DNA of 53,251 bases from the NCBI GenBank assembly GCA_044234345.1, contig JBIIIW010000002.1:1-53251 (forward strand). The letters are read 5' to 3'. This DNA is from Minisyncoccia bacterium. GTDB lineage: Bacteria; Patescibacteriota; Minisyncoccia; Phycocordibacterales; PALSA-1337. Both the position numbers and the translations under genes were made by a program. Below are positions 9,484-18,177 of this stretch, piece by piece (positions within the stretch are counted from its first letter, which is position 1; the number at the start of each line of letters is the position of its first letter). The notes below the pieces were generated by a model. That model ran no database searches, was not told where the DNA came from, and saw only the letters and a list, made by a program, of their open reading frames with translations.

Positions 9484-9846
9484 TTAAATTCCGTCTTGAT
9501 AGACAAGTTCTAATTTGTATTCAGTAGTTCTATTAAACTTATCTTTTGCAGTAATTACTGAAACATTGTAACCGGGATGTAACAGTATAGTGTTTGTAAA
9601 GTTACCTTGTTTGTCTAGAAGAATAGGTTTCTTGTTAAGCTCTATGTCTCGTATGTGTATCGCCTGGCCTTGTATGGTTACAGTCGAAGTCGATATAGTC
9701 GAACCATTCTCAGGGTACGTTATCAATATCTCTGGTCCAGCTATATAGTCTCTAAAAGAGAAGAATGAATACAATACAACCACTGTTGCAATTAATACGA
9801 ATACAGTAATCTTTACAATTCTCTTTGTCTCGTCACGATTAATCAT
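9484..9846 (-). CDS. Hypothetical membrane-anchored protein
   Basis: 120 aa with one N-terminal TM helix. The start overlaps the ftsK stop by 1 nt (TAATG), implying co-translation. Confidence 0.6.
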   Translation of the reverse strand: MINRDETKRIVKITVFVLIATVVVLYSFFSFRDYIAGPEILITYPENGSTISTSTVTIQGQAIHIRDIELNKKPILLDKQGNFTNTILLHPGYNVSVITAKDKFNRTTEYKLELVYQDGI

Positions 9847-12062
9847 TATATTTCAGGATTCGGAGTTGAAATATCACCACTAGGAGCCTCTTGGCTAGCA
9901 ACTCCATACACTTCACGAGGTTTAGATCCATTAGCAGGTCCAACAACACCCTTTGTCTCAAGTAGGTCTATTAGCTTCGCTGCTCTAGAATATCCAATAC
10001 CTAGTTTTCTCTGTAGCCATGATGTACTTGCTTTACCACTAGATATTACAATCTCACGAGCTTGTCCTAGCAATTCATCCTCATCACCAACATCCTCATT
10101 TTCTGAATCAAAACCAGCCTCAAATATTGAATCCTTACCAGCTTCTGGAGTAGCTAGGTTAATCTCACCCATAATCTCATCCTTGTATGCATTTGATAGG
10201 TAACCTACAACCTTCTTCACTTCACCTTCAGATATATATGCAGATTGTAATCTCTGAGGTTTAGACATCTCACCTCCAAGGTATAGCATGTCTCCAGCTC
10301 CTAGAAGTTTTTCAGCTCCTCCGGTATCTAGAATTGTTCTTGAATCTATCTGTGCTGACACCTGTAGAGCAACACGAGTAGGTACGTTGGCCTTGATTAG
10401 ACCTGTAATAACATTAACACTCGGTCTCTGAGTTGATAGGATCAAGTGTATACCGATAGCACGACTCATCTGTGCTAGACGGACGATAGCTGATTCTAGT
10501 TCTCTAGGATATGTCTGCATAATATCTGCAAGCTCGTCTAGAACGATAACAATATATGGCATACTCTCAGGCATTACCTCATCCTTGTTCTTCTTCTGTC
10601 TCTCTATTGCTGGTGATAGTACAGTCTTATGGTATGAGTCTATATCACGAACAGTATTCTTCTCTAGAATATCGTATCTTCGACTCATTTCTTTAGCTGC
10701 CCACTTAAGAGCAAGAATAGCTTTCTTTGCATCTGTAATAACCGGAGTTAATAGGTGAGGGATCTTGTTGTACAAGGTCAACTCAACTCTCTTAGGGTCG
10801 ATCATGATGAATTTTAGATTCTCAGGAGAGTTTCTAAATAGTAGGGAGGTGATAATTGCATGTATTGTTACTGATTTACCTGATCCTGTTGCTCCAGCAA
10901 TTAGCATGTGGGGAGCTTTAGCTAGGTTGGCAAAGAATGATTTACCTGAAATACCCTTTCCAAGTGATACGAGTAGAGGCTTCTCTGATTCCTGATATTC
11001 TTCAGATCCAAGAAGGGTAGCAAGACCAACAGTTGTCTTTGTTGTGTTAGGTATCTCAATACCCACCAGTGACTTGCCTGGAATTGGAGCTTCTATACGT
11101 ATTGGGTGTGCTGCTAGAGCTAGTGCTAGGTCATTATTTAGTCCTACAATCTTTGAAAGCTTAACTCCTTCCGCAGGCTTAAGAGAATATCTTGTAACTG
11201 ATGGTCCGATAGATATTTCATCCATCTCTACATCAATACCGAAGTTCGCTAGAGTACGCTTAATGATATTTGCATTAGCCTTGATATCTCCAGTTTCAGG
11301 CTTACCCTTATCCTTCTCAAGTAGGGTTAATGGTGGTGGAACGAATGGTACTAAGTTGTATGCAGATACCATCTTGATATCTCCTTCCTCATCCTTACTG
11401 ATCTTCTCAGACTTACCTTTGTTCTGATTCTGTTCCGCAATCTTTAGCTGCTCCTTCTGTAGCTTGTTCTCAACATCAGACACAGCCTTATCAATCTTCT
11501 GTGTTGACTCTACTTCACTCTCCTCATCCTCAGTATCAATTTCTTCCTTCTTGAACCAATTCCAGAACTTTAGATGGTTTAGAGTAAAGTGCATCTCAAA
11601 TGTTATGAGAACTGAAATTACGATACATGAGATCAGTATTGCAGCTGTAGCATATATATCTACTAATGATATGAATGGGTATGTAAGCCACTTACCGACA
11701 ATACCTCCACCTTCTTGTGCTAGTAGCAAATGCATCAAACCAAGACCTGAAAAGAAGAAGAGAAAAACGCCGAAAAACTTAGACTTTCTGAAGTCTGCCT
11801 TAACACCCTTTAAGAACGCAACTGATGTCATTATTAATGATATCGGTATTAGGAAGTATCCAAGCCCAAACCACTCCTTAAGAAACTCATATACGTATTT
11901 ACCAAACGGATCAGCTAGATTAAATGGCGCAAGAATGAAAAGAAGAGATAGTACAAAAAAGACGATAGAAAATACTGCCTGCATAGTCTCCTTCTTCACC
12001 TCCTCTGGTTCAGCATTCTTTTTCTTCTTTATCTCTTCTTTAGGTTTGTTTTTGCTTGCCAT
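9846..12062 (-). CDS. ftsK: DNA translocase FtsK/SpoIIIE
   Basis: 738 aa with N-terminal TM helices, a Walker A motif GATGSGKS, DELAD, and a C-terminal winged-helix gamma domain (SWLQRKLGIGYSRAAKLID). Confidence 0.95.
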   Translation of the reverse strand: MASKNKPKEEIKKKKNAEPEEVKKETMQAVFSIVFFVLSLLFILAPFNLADPFGKYVYEFLKEWFGLGYFLIPISLIMTSVAFLKGVKADFRKSKFFGVFLFFFSGLGLMHLLLAQEGGGIVGKWLTYPFISLVDIYATAAILISCIVISVLITFEMHFTLNHLKFWNWFKKEEIDTEDEESEVESTQKIDKAVSDVENKLQKEQLKIAEQNQNKGKSEKISKDEEGDIKMVSAYNLVPFVPPPLTLLEKDKGKPETGDIKANANIIKRTLANFGIDVEMDEISIGPSVTRYSLKPAEGVKLSKIVGLNNDLALALAAHPIRIEAPIPGKSLVGIEIPNTTKTTVGLATLLGSEEYQESEKPLLVSLGKGISGKSFFANLAKAPHMLIAGATGSGKSVTIHAIITSLLFRNSPENLKFIMIDPKRVELTLYNKIPHLLTPVITDAKKAILALKWAAKEMSRRYDILEKNTVRDIDSYHKTVLSPAIERQKKNKDEVMPESMPYIVIVLDELADIMQTYPRELESAIVRLAQMSRAIGIHLILSTQRPSVNVITGLIKANVPTRVALQVSAQIDSRTILDTGGAEKLLGAGDMLYLGGEMSKPQRLQSAYISEGEVKKVVGYLSNAYKDEIMGEINLATPEAGKDSIFEAGFDSENEDVGDEDELLGQAREIVISSGKASTSWLQRKLGIGYSRAAKLIDLLETKGVVGPANGSKPREVYGVASQEAPSGDISTPNPEI

Positions 12063-12236
12063 AAAATATATTTATATTGATTAATCATAACACACTATTG
12101 TTTTATTTTTATAGCGTGTCGTAACGGTATTTTAAGCTTTACTTTTATGTCTTGTCTTTTATATAATAGACACACGATTTTGAGTTAAAAGGACATAAAA
12201 GACATAGATAAAGGACCAATATTTTGATATAAGACA

Positions 12237-12917
12237 ATGGAAAAATTCATAATTCAAAAAGCTCAAAAAATCACGTCAGCCCTTTATTTAATAACGGATT
12301 TGATAAAGGACAGTGATTCTATAAAGTGGGAAATCAGAGAAGAGGGCATTGCCCTGGTCTCAAGTGCTTTGATGTTGAATACTAGTTATGCTGTCGAAAA
12401 GGAGCATGCTTTGAGGTTATTCTTATCCACATCCGATAAGTTATTGTCGTTTTTGAATATTTGTTTGATATCCTCTGTGATATCTAATATGAATGCAACG
12501 ATCGTAATTAATGAGATTCAATCTATTGTTGATTATATTAAGAAGGAACAAATGATGAGCGAGAAGAGTCTGCCTGGATACATATTGTCTGATGAATTCT
12601 TTGCTACTGATGATAGTAATAAGTTGGAATCAGTTAAGGTTAAAGGACAGGTTGGAACTGGCAAGATTACAGGATCTTCTGTATCTAAGAATACTAGTGT
12701 TGGGGGTGATAAGAACATACGACAAACAACTAGAAAAGATGATATCCTCAACCTCCTTAAAAAGGAGTCTAATTTGACGATAAAAGACTTCGCAAAGGTA
12801 ATTAAAGATTGTAGTGAAAAGACTATTCAAAGAGAGCTCATTTCTTTGGTTAAAGAGGGGGTAGTAAAGAGAGCCGGAGAGCGACGTTGGAGTACCTATT
12901 CCTTAGCCCAGCCATAG
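12237..12917 (+). CDS. Hypothetical protein with a C-terminal DeoR-like winged-helix DNA-binding domain
   Basis: 226 aa. The C-terminus ILNLLKKESNLTIKDFAKVIKDCSEKTIQRELISLVKEGVVKR looks like a wHTH. The N-terminal helical domain is not recognised. Confidence 0.6.
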   Translation: MEKFIIQKAQKITSALYLITDLIKDSDSIKWEIREEGIALVSSALMLNTSYAVEKEHALRLFLSTSDKLLSFLNICLISSVISNMNATIVINEIQSIVDYIKKEQMMSEKSLPGYILSDEFFATDDSNKLESVKVKGQVGTGKITGSSVSKNTSVGGDKNIRQTTRKDDILNLLKKESNLTIKDFAKVIKDCSEKTIQRELISLVKEGVVKRAGERRWSTYSLAQP

Positions 12918-12928
12918 TCCTTGTTTCA

Positions 12929-12957
12929 TTGACTTTTGACCCTATTTTGTGTAGTAT
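12929..12957 (+). promoter_or_regulatory. Sigma70-like promoter TTGACT-N17-TAGTAT
   Basis: Good -35/-10 match with a 17-nt spacer, about 336 nt upstream of the next ATG (13294). Confidence 0.45.
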
Positions 12958-13293
12958 GGTCCTGTGGTTATTACCAGTTTGATTACGGGGTTATCCACAT
13001 ATAGTTTGCAGTATTATTACGAAACAAGATATAATAGTCTGCAACGGTCTTTGACAATATTAAATACCCAAGTTTCACACAGAAATTCTATTACGGATTC
13101 GGTTAGTTAATTGCAGAAATTCAGTCTTAAATCCTTATAGCCTAATCTTCATATATATAGTCAAAAATTATATGTATGAAGAAATGGTGAAATAGTTTAT
13201 TAGTAGTTAAATTTATCAGTCGTTAGTACAAATAGTTTCTTTCTCAAAATTATTAATAACCGAGAAAAGAATTATTTAATTATAAATATTATT

Positions 13294-15195
13294 ATGTCAA
13301 AAACTTTCAAAGTAGCTATCGTTGCTTTAGCAATAGTAGCTTTCGGTGCAACAGCAAACGCAGCATTCAATACTAACCTAACAGTAGGTAGTACAGGAGC
13401 TGACGTATCTGCTCTTCAGTCATGGTTGATTAGTAAAGGTTTCGCAATTCCTTCAATTAGTTCAGGTGCAGCTTCAGCAGGATACTTTGGTGCTCAAACA
13501 AAGGCAGCTGTAGTAGCTTACCAGACAAGTGTTGGACTTCCTGCAACAGGATTCGTAGGACCACTTACAAGAGGTATTCTAAACGGAACATCAGTTCCTT
13601 CAACACCAGTAGCTGCATCATGCCCAGTTGGATACACATGTACAGCTAAGCCTGGAACAACAGCACCAGCTACTCCTTCAACAGGAGCTCTAGCAGGTAC
13701 TGATGGAACAATCTCAGCTGTTAACAAGCTTTCTCAGTTCAACAATGAGGAGGTTGGAGACGGACAGACTGAAGTTAAGGTTGTAGGATTTGAAGTTGAG
13801 GCTTCAAAGGAGGGAGACATCGCTCTAAAGTCTATCAACATTACATTTGATGGATCATCAAACACAGGATCAACAAGATTGAATCAGTATGTTGAAGAAG
13901 TTTCAGTATACCAGGGTTCAAAGAAGGTTGGTTCATCTAGTTCAGATGATTTCAACAAGGATAATAGTGGTGTTTACTCAAAGACAATCACTCTTGCTAA
14001 CGCAACAGTTAAGTCAGATGCAACAGAGAAGTTCTACATAACAGTAGATGCTGTTAGTAATCTAGATTCTGGAGATATCTCTGGAAGTAATGATGCTTGG
14101 TCAGTTGATATTAACAACATCAGATACGAAGATGGTTCAGGTGTTGTTTCAACAGATTCAGACACAGGAGATCTTGGAGGTTCTCTAGACAATGTTGCGC
14201 TTTCATTCGTAAGTTTTGCTACAACAGCAAATACTGAATTGAAGTTCTCAACAGATTCTTCATCACCAGATGCAGGAATCATTGTTATCGATGATACATC
14301 AGATACAGACAACGTTACTCTTCTAGTTGGAAAGGTAAAGGTTGAAGGTGAGTCAGATGTACTAGTAGATACATTCCCAGTTACTCTAACTACAACAGCA
14401 GACAGTATTGCTGCAGTTACAGGTTCTCTTACACTAAAGATCGACGGTGAGGAGTTCAGTGAAACTGTTAGTCTTAACTCAGTTCAGACAGGATCAGTTA
14501 CATTTGATAACCTCGATCTAAATCTAACAGCTGGAAAGACATATACATTCACAGTTCTTGCAGACATCAACGATACAAACAACTCTGGTGTTACAGCAAC
14601 AGATTTTGACGAAGGAGATACTCTAACAGCTTCATTCACAGCTTCAAACAGAAATGTCCTAGATGCTGAGAATAAGGAAGGAGATCAACTATCAGATTCA
14701 TCTGAGAAGTCAGGAACATCAGTTGGAGATGCACAGGAATTTAGAACAAACGGAATTGGTTTGGCTCTAGTTTCTACAGCAACAAGTGCAACTACAGGTA
14801 CATCAGCAAACGATGACGTAGGACTGTTCACAATCAAGTACAAGGTTACAGCTATCGGAGATACAGTTTACATCTCTTCACTTGCTACTTCAGCTGGTAT
14901 TACATACTCAGTTGATAAGGGTGGAACAGCTACAACTTCTGTTACGATTGTAGGTGCTCTTGTAAACAATACTGATACAACTCTAACATCAGTAGGAAAC
15001 TACGAGATTGAGGAAGGACAATCAGAGACATTCACACTATCTGTTTCAGTTCCAATATCTGCAGCTTCAGGTTCAGGACAGTACAGAACAGCTCTTACAG
15101 GAGTTAAGTGGGATACTACAGATGACACATCTATGGACAACACTTACTCTTCAGAGCTTGATTCATTCAAGACAGAGTACGCAGTTCTTAACTAG
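13294..15195 (+). CDS. Secreted surface protein: signal peptide, peptidoglycan-binding domain, long acidic Ser/Thr-rich region
   Basis: 633 aa. Signal peptide MSKTFKVAIVALAIVAFGATANA. PG_binding_1-like GSTGADVSALQSWLISKGF...AVVAYQTSVGLPATGFVG. The remainder is rich in S/T/D/G. Confidence 0.8.
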   Translation: MSKTFKVAIVALAIVAFGATANAAFNTNLTVGSTGADVSALQSWLISKGFAIPSISSGAASAGYFGAQTKAAVVAYQTSVGLPATGFVGPLTRGILNGTSVPSTPVAASCPVGYTCTAKPGTTAPATPSTGALAGTDGTISAVNKLSQFNNEEVGDGQTEVKVVGFEVEASKEGDIALKSINITFDGSSNTGSTRLNQYVEEVSVYQGSKKVGSSSSDDFNKDNSGVYSKTITLANATVKSDATEKFYITVDAVSNLDSGDISGSNDAWSVDINNIRYEDGSGVVSTDSDTGDLGGSLDNVALSFVSFATTANTELKFSTDSSSPDAGIIVIDDTSDTDNVTLLVGKVKVEGESDVLVDTFPVTLTTTADSIAAVTGSLTLKIDGEEFSETVSLNSVQTGSVTFDNLDLNLTAGKTYTFTVLADINDTNNSGVTATDFDEGDTLTASFTASNRNVLDAENKEGDQLSDSSEKSGTSVGDAQEFRTNGIGLALVSTATSATTGTSANDDVGLFTIKYKVTAIGDTVYISSLATSAGITYSVDKGGTATTSVTIVGALVNNTDTTLTSVGNYEIEEGQSETFTLSVSVPISAASGSGQYRTALTGVKWDTTDDTSMDNTYSSELDSFKTEYAVLN

Positions 15196-15239
15196 TCTTA
15201 GGATTAGCTTAGAAAATCTTACTTAACAGTAGGATAAGC

Positions 15240-15270
15240 AAAAACCACCCAGAAATGGGTGGTTTTTGTT
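15240..15270 (+). terminator. Rho-independent terminator
   Basis: AAAAACCACCC-AGAAAT-GGGTGGTTTTTGTT. Confidence 0.85.
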
Positions 15271-15318
15271 ATATCTGAATCTCTTTATAATCCTCCCCAC
15301 ATGACATATAATTAGCAA

Positions 15319-17322
15319 ATGCTTAATCAAATAAAGAAAACATCAGTATATATAAAGAGTATAGAATACTTAATATATTTCTTCATTGCTACATTTCCAT
15401 TTATTAACTACACATATTTCTTGTATACAGGTTCATCTACAAGATCTGTAAACCTAATTATCCTCTCATCAATCTCACTTGTATTGTTGATTGCATACTT
15501 TTTCAACAAGAGAAATAGCATACCAGTACCCAAGTCATATGCCTTGATATCCCTCATTGCTTACCTAGTATTAATGATTGTGTCAGCTACTTTAGGTGAA
15601 AGTTTCTCAAACTCATTCTGGTCAATGGCAACAAGAACATCTGGGATATGGTATTTACTTAATCTAGGTGTATATATTTATACACTCTGGATACTTTTGG
15701 TTGATAGGGCTAAACAAGACAGACTAATACTAACAATATTAATATCAACAGCAATATACTCTCTGCTATCATTCCTAAGTCCTGAGGGTATTGGTTGGTT
15801 GTTTAAGGGATACGAGTCAGACGGATTTACATTCGGTAATTCATCGTTTGCTGGTATGTATATACTCGGAGCATTCCTGTTATCTGCATACTATCTTCTA
15901 AAATCAGAAAGTAAAAAGTGGTGGATGTATGTACTACCGATTGTTATTGTCATTAACCCAAACATAATTAATAGCTCAATATTTTTAGGTGATTTCTCAA
16001 ATGGTGTAATCGGAGAAGCTAGGGCATCATCATATCTAACACTAGCTTCTATATTCTCAGTTATCTCCCTATACTACATTTCAAAGATTAAGGTGATAGG
16101 AGTAAAAAAGAAAATAGTATATACGTTATCTATATTAGGAATCGTGTTACTTGGTCTGTTCTCAATCTCATTGCTGTCACCAGATGGATACTTTAGAAAT
16201 CTGTATCTAAGCAAGGCAACAGGAGCTAGGCCGTTGGTATGGGAGGTTTCAGAAAAAGTTATATCAGAGAACCCATACTTAGGATGGGGATCAGATAACT
16301 TCGAAAGAGTGTTTGAATTAAAGTATGATAACAGGTTACTCCAGGATAGTTATGGAGCAGAAGCATGGTTTGATAGGGCACATAACGTACTAATCGATCA
16401 GCTAGTAGATAACGGTTTTGTCGGCCTAATACTGTATATTGCAGTGTATTTGGCGATAATATTTTCAATGTTGAAGGTATATCTTGGAACAAAAAATAAT
16501 GAAGATAGAATCCTTTCTTCAATATTAATTACATACTTTGCGGTCCATTTCGTAGAACTTCAAACTGCATTTGATACGACAGTATCTTATATAATGCTTG
16601 CATTAATGTTCTCGCTATCAGTATCGCTATACTCCAGATTTAAGTCGGAAGAATTTAACAAGAGCGATGTAATTGAACTAGGTGGAGTATATAAGTATAT
16701 ATCTCTATGTATAGCCTCAGTCGCAGTTATATCTTCAGTGATATTCGGTCTAATCCCTCTCATACGTTCAGAATACTCAAATGGAGTTGTAAGGACAGTA
16801 GGAACATCAGAAGGAAGAATGGAGGCATATAAAACTCTAGTATCATCACCTGTAGATCTACACTCATTCCTATGGAGAATGACAACAGATCTAAAGAAAG
16901 GTATTGGAAGTAACCCAAGCATACTAAATGACAAGCAAAGATTTACCATGCTCGGTAAGGAGATTCAGCAACTTACAGAGTACTACAGACAGTATGTTGT
17001 AAAGAATCCTAATCACTTTAGAGCAAAGTTAAATCTTGCTGATATGTTAATATATCAGAGGTTGTTTGGTATCGATCGATTAAGTGAAGCTCAGTCGGTT
17101 TTGGATGATGCAATTAAGTTGGTACCACAAGCACCACAGTCATATTGGATGAAGTCTGTTGCATACCTATACACAAAGAGGTTTGATCAAGCTCGAGAGT
17201 ATGCTGATATGGCGTTAAAATTGAATCCTAATATAGATATAAGTAAGGATTTAGTTAAATATATTGATAAGTCAATTAAGGATTTCCCAGTAATAGACCT
17301 ATATAACTTTAGACAAATTTAA
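15319..17322 (+). CDS. O-antigen ligase/Wzy_C family polytopic membrane protein with a C-terminal TPR domain
   Basis: 667 aa with many TM helices. WGSDNFERVF...RAHNVLIDQLVDNGFVGLILY resembles the Wzy_C signature. The C-terminal roughly 150 aa are TPR-like. Confidence 0.75.
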   Translation: MLNQIKKTSVYIKSIEYLIYFFIATFPFINYTYFLYTGSSTRSVNLIILSSISLVLLIAYFFNKRNSIPVPKSYALISLIAYLVLMIVSATLGESFSNSFWSMATRTSGIWYLLNLGVYIYTLWILLVDRAKQDRLILTILISTAIYSLLSFLSPEGIGWLFKGYESDGFTFGNSSFAGMYILGAFLLSAYYLLKSESKKWWMYVLPIVIVINPNIINSSIFLGDFSNGVIGEARASSYLTLASIFSVISLYYISKIKVIGVKKKIVYTLSILGIVLLGLFSISLLSPDGYFRNLYLSKATGARPLVWEVSEKVISENPYLGWGSDNFERVFELKYDNRLLQDSYGAEAWFDRAHNVLIDQLVDNGFVGLILYIAVYLAIIFSMLKVYLGTKNNEDRILSSILITYFAVHFVELQTAFDTTVSYIMLALMFSLSVSLYSRFKSEEFNKSDVIELGGVYKYISLCIASVAVISSVIFGLIPLIRSEYSNGVVRTVGTSEGRMEAYKTLVSSPVDLHSFLWRMTTDLKKGIGSNPSILNDKQRFTMLGKEIQQLTEYYRQYVVKNPNHFRAKLNLADMLIYQRLFGIDRLSEAQSVLDDAIKLVPQAPQSYWMKSVAYLYTKRFDQAREYADMALKLNPNIDISKDLVKYIDKSIKDFPVIDLYNFRQI

Positions 17323-17325
17323 AAT

Positions 17326-17862
17326 ATGAAAAATATAAAATCAATAACAATCATAACGATCACAGTTGTAGTTTTAATAGTTCTGTCAGTATTTAATACA
17401 CAAAGAACACATACGGATATCATATCTAAGTACTCGATTCAACTTCCTTGGGGTTGGGATGTAATTAGAGATGTTCATGCTACTACAACATCAGATATAT
17501 TGTTTGGAGATGGAGAAAGCACAATAGCTGTTAAGAGATTTGATAGGACTGAACCAGTTGAGAATGCAATTAACTTTATGGGAAAAGATGAGTTTATGGT
17601 ATTCCTTTCAGATCAGCTAAAGCTTGATATCGAAGGATATAACATAATCTCAACATCAACAGTGAAGATAGGGGACAAGGAGTTCTATGCTCTAGATTCT
17701 AAGTATGTTGGAAGAACAACACAAAAGGATGTTACATCTAAAGCATACATAATACTTACAGACTCAAGTTACTATATCCTGGGTGTAGATGTATATTCAG
17801 AATCTTGGGACAAGAAGAAGGATGCTATAATTAAATCAATTAATACATTCAAACTAATCTAA
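17326..17862 (+). CDS. Hypothetical membrane-anchored/exported protein
   Basis: 178 aa with an N-terminal TM helix. Starts 4 nt after the upstream stop. Confidence 0.6.
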   Translation: MKNIKSITIITITVVVLIVLSVFNTQRTHTDIISKYSIQLPWGWDVIRDVHATTTSDILFGDGESTIAVKRFDRTEPVENAINFMGKDEFMVFLSDQLKLDIEGYNIISTSTVKIGDKEFYALDSKYVGRTTQKDVTSKAYIILTDSSYYILGVDVYSESWDKKKDAIIKSINTFKLI

Positions 17863-17863
17863 T

Positions 17864-18010
17864 ATGCGTAACCCATTTGATCAAAATTTCTTTAAGTTCC
17901 TACTAGGCTTCACCCTAATACTTGCAGCTAGTTTTGCCCTACTTTTCTTTGTAGGACAGTATAGTTCAGTATTAGATTCACAAAAGGCATTAATTATTGA
18001 AGGAAAATAA
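17864..18010 (+). CDS. Small hypothetical membrane protein, 48 aa (below the track cutoff)
   Basis: Translated by hand as MRNPFDQNFFKFLLGFTLILAASFALLFFVGQYSSVLDSQKALIIEGK. The ATG lies 1 nt after the upstream stop, and a terminator follows. Confidence 0.4.
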   Translation: MRNPFDQNFFKFLLGFTLILAASFALLFFVGQYSSVLDSQKALIIEGK

Positions 18011-18039
18011 AAAGAGAGGTCTAAATTAAGTCCAAGTAG

Positions 18040-18066
18040 AGCCACCATACAAAAGGTGGTTTTACT
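18040..18066 (+). terminator. Rho-independent terminator
   Basis: AGCCACC-ATACAAAA-GGTGGTT followed by a T-rich tail. Confidence 0.6.
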
Positions 18067-18090
18067 TTATATTTTTTAATTGTGTAATGC

Positions 18091-18135
18091 TCGATTTTAT
18101 CCGGATTTTATCAAAATTTTATACGGATTTCATCT
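18091..18135 (+). repeat. Partial copy 3 of the palindromic repeat family
   Basis: 18104-18135 matches 5719-5750 at 31/32 positions. Upstream, GATTTTATCCGGATTTTATC supplies two more 9-mer units. Confidence 0.8.
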
Positions 18136-18177
18136 CGCTTTTGTATGATGTCTATATTATTAATAACTTACAAAAAT

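Noticed and set aside
12991-12999. A perfect DnaA-box consensus TTATCCACA, with a few degenerate boxes nearby, in the AT-rich 375-bp intergenic region. This raised the possibility of oriC.
   Set aside because: A single perfect 9-mer is expected by chance at roughly this frequency in 53 kb on two strands. There is no dnaA or dnaN nearby, and gene orientation does not switch cleanly here. It would need a GC-skew analysis of the full genome.
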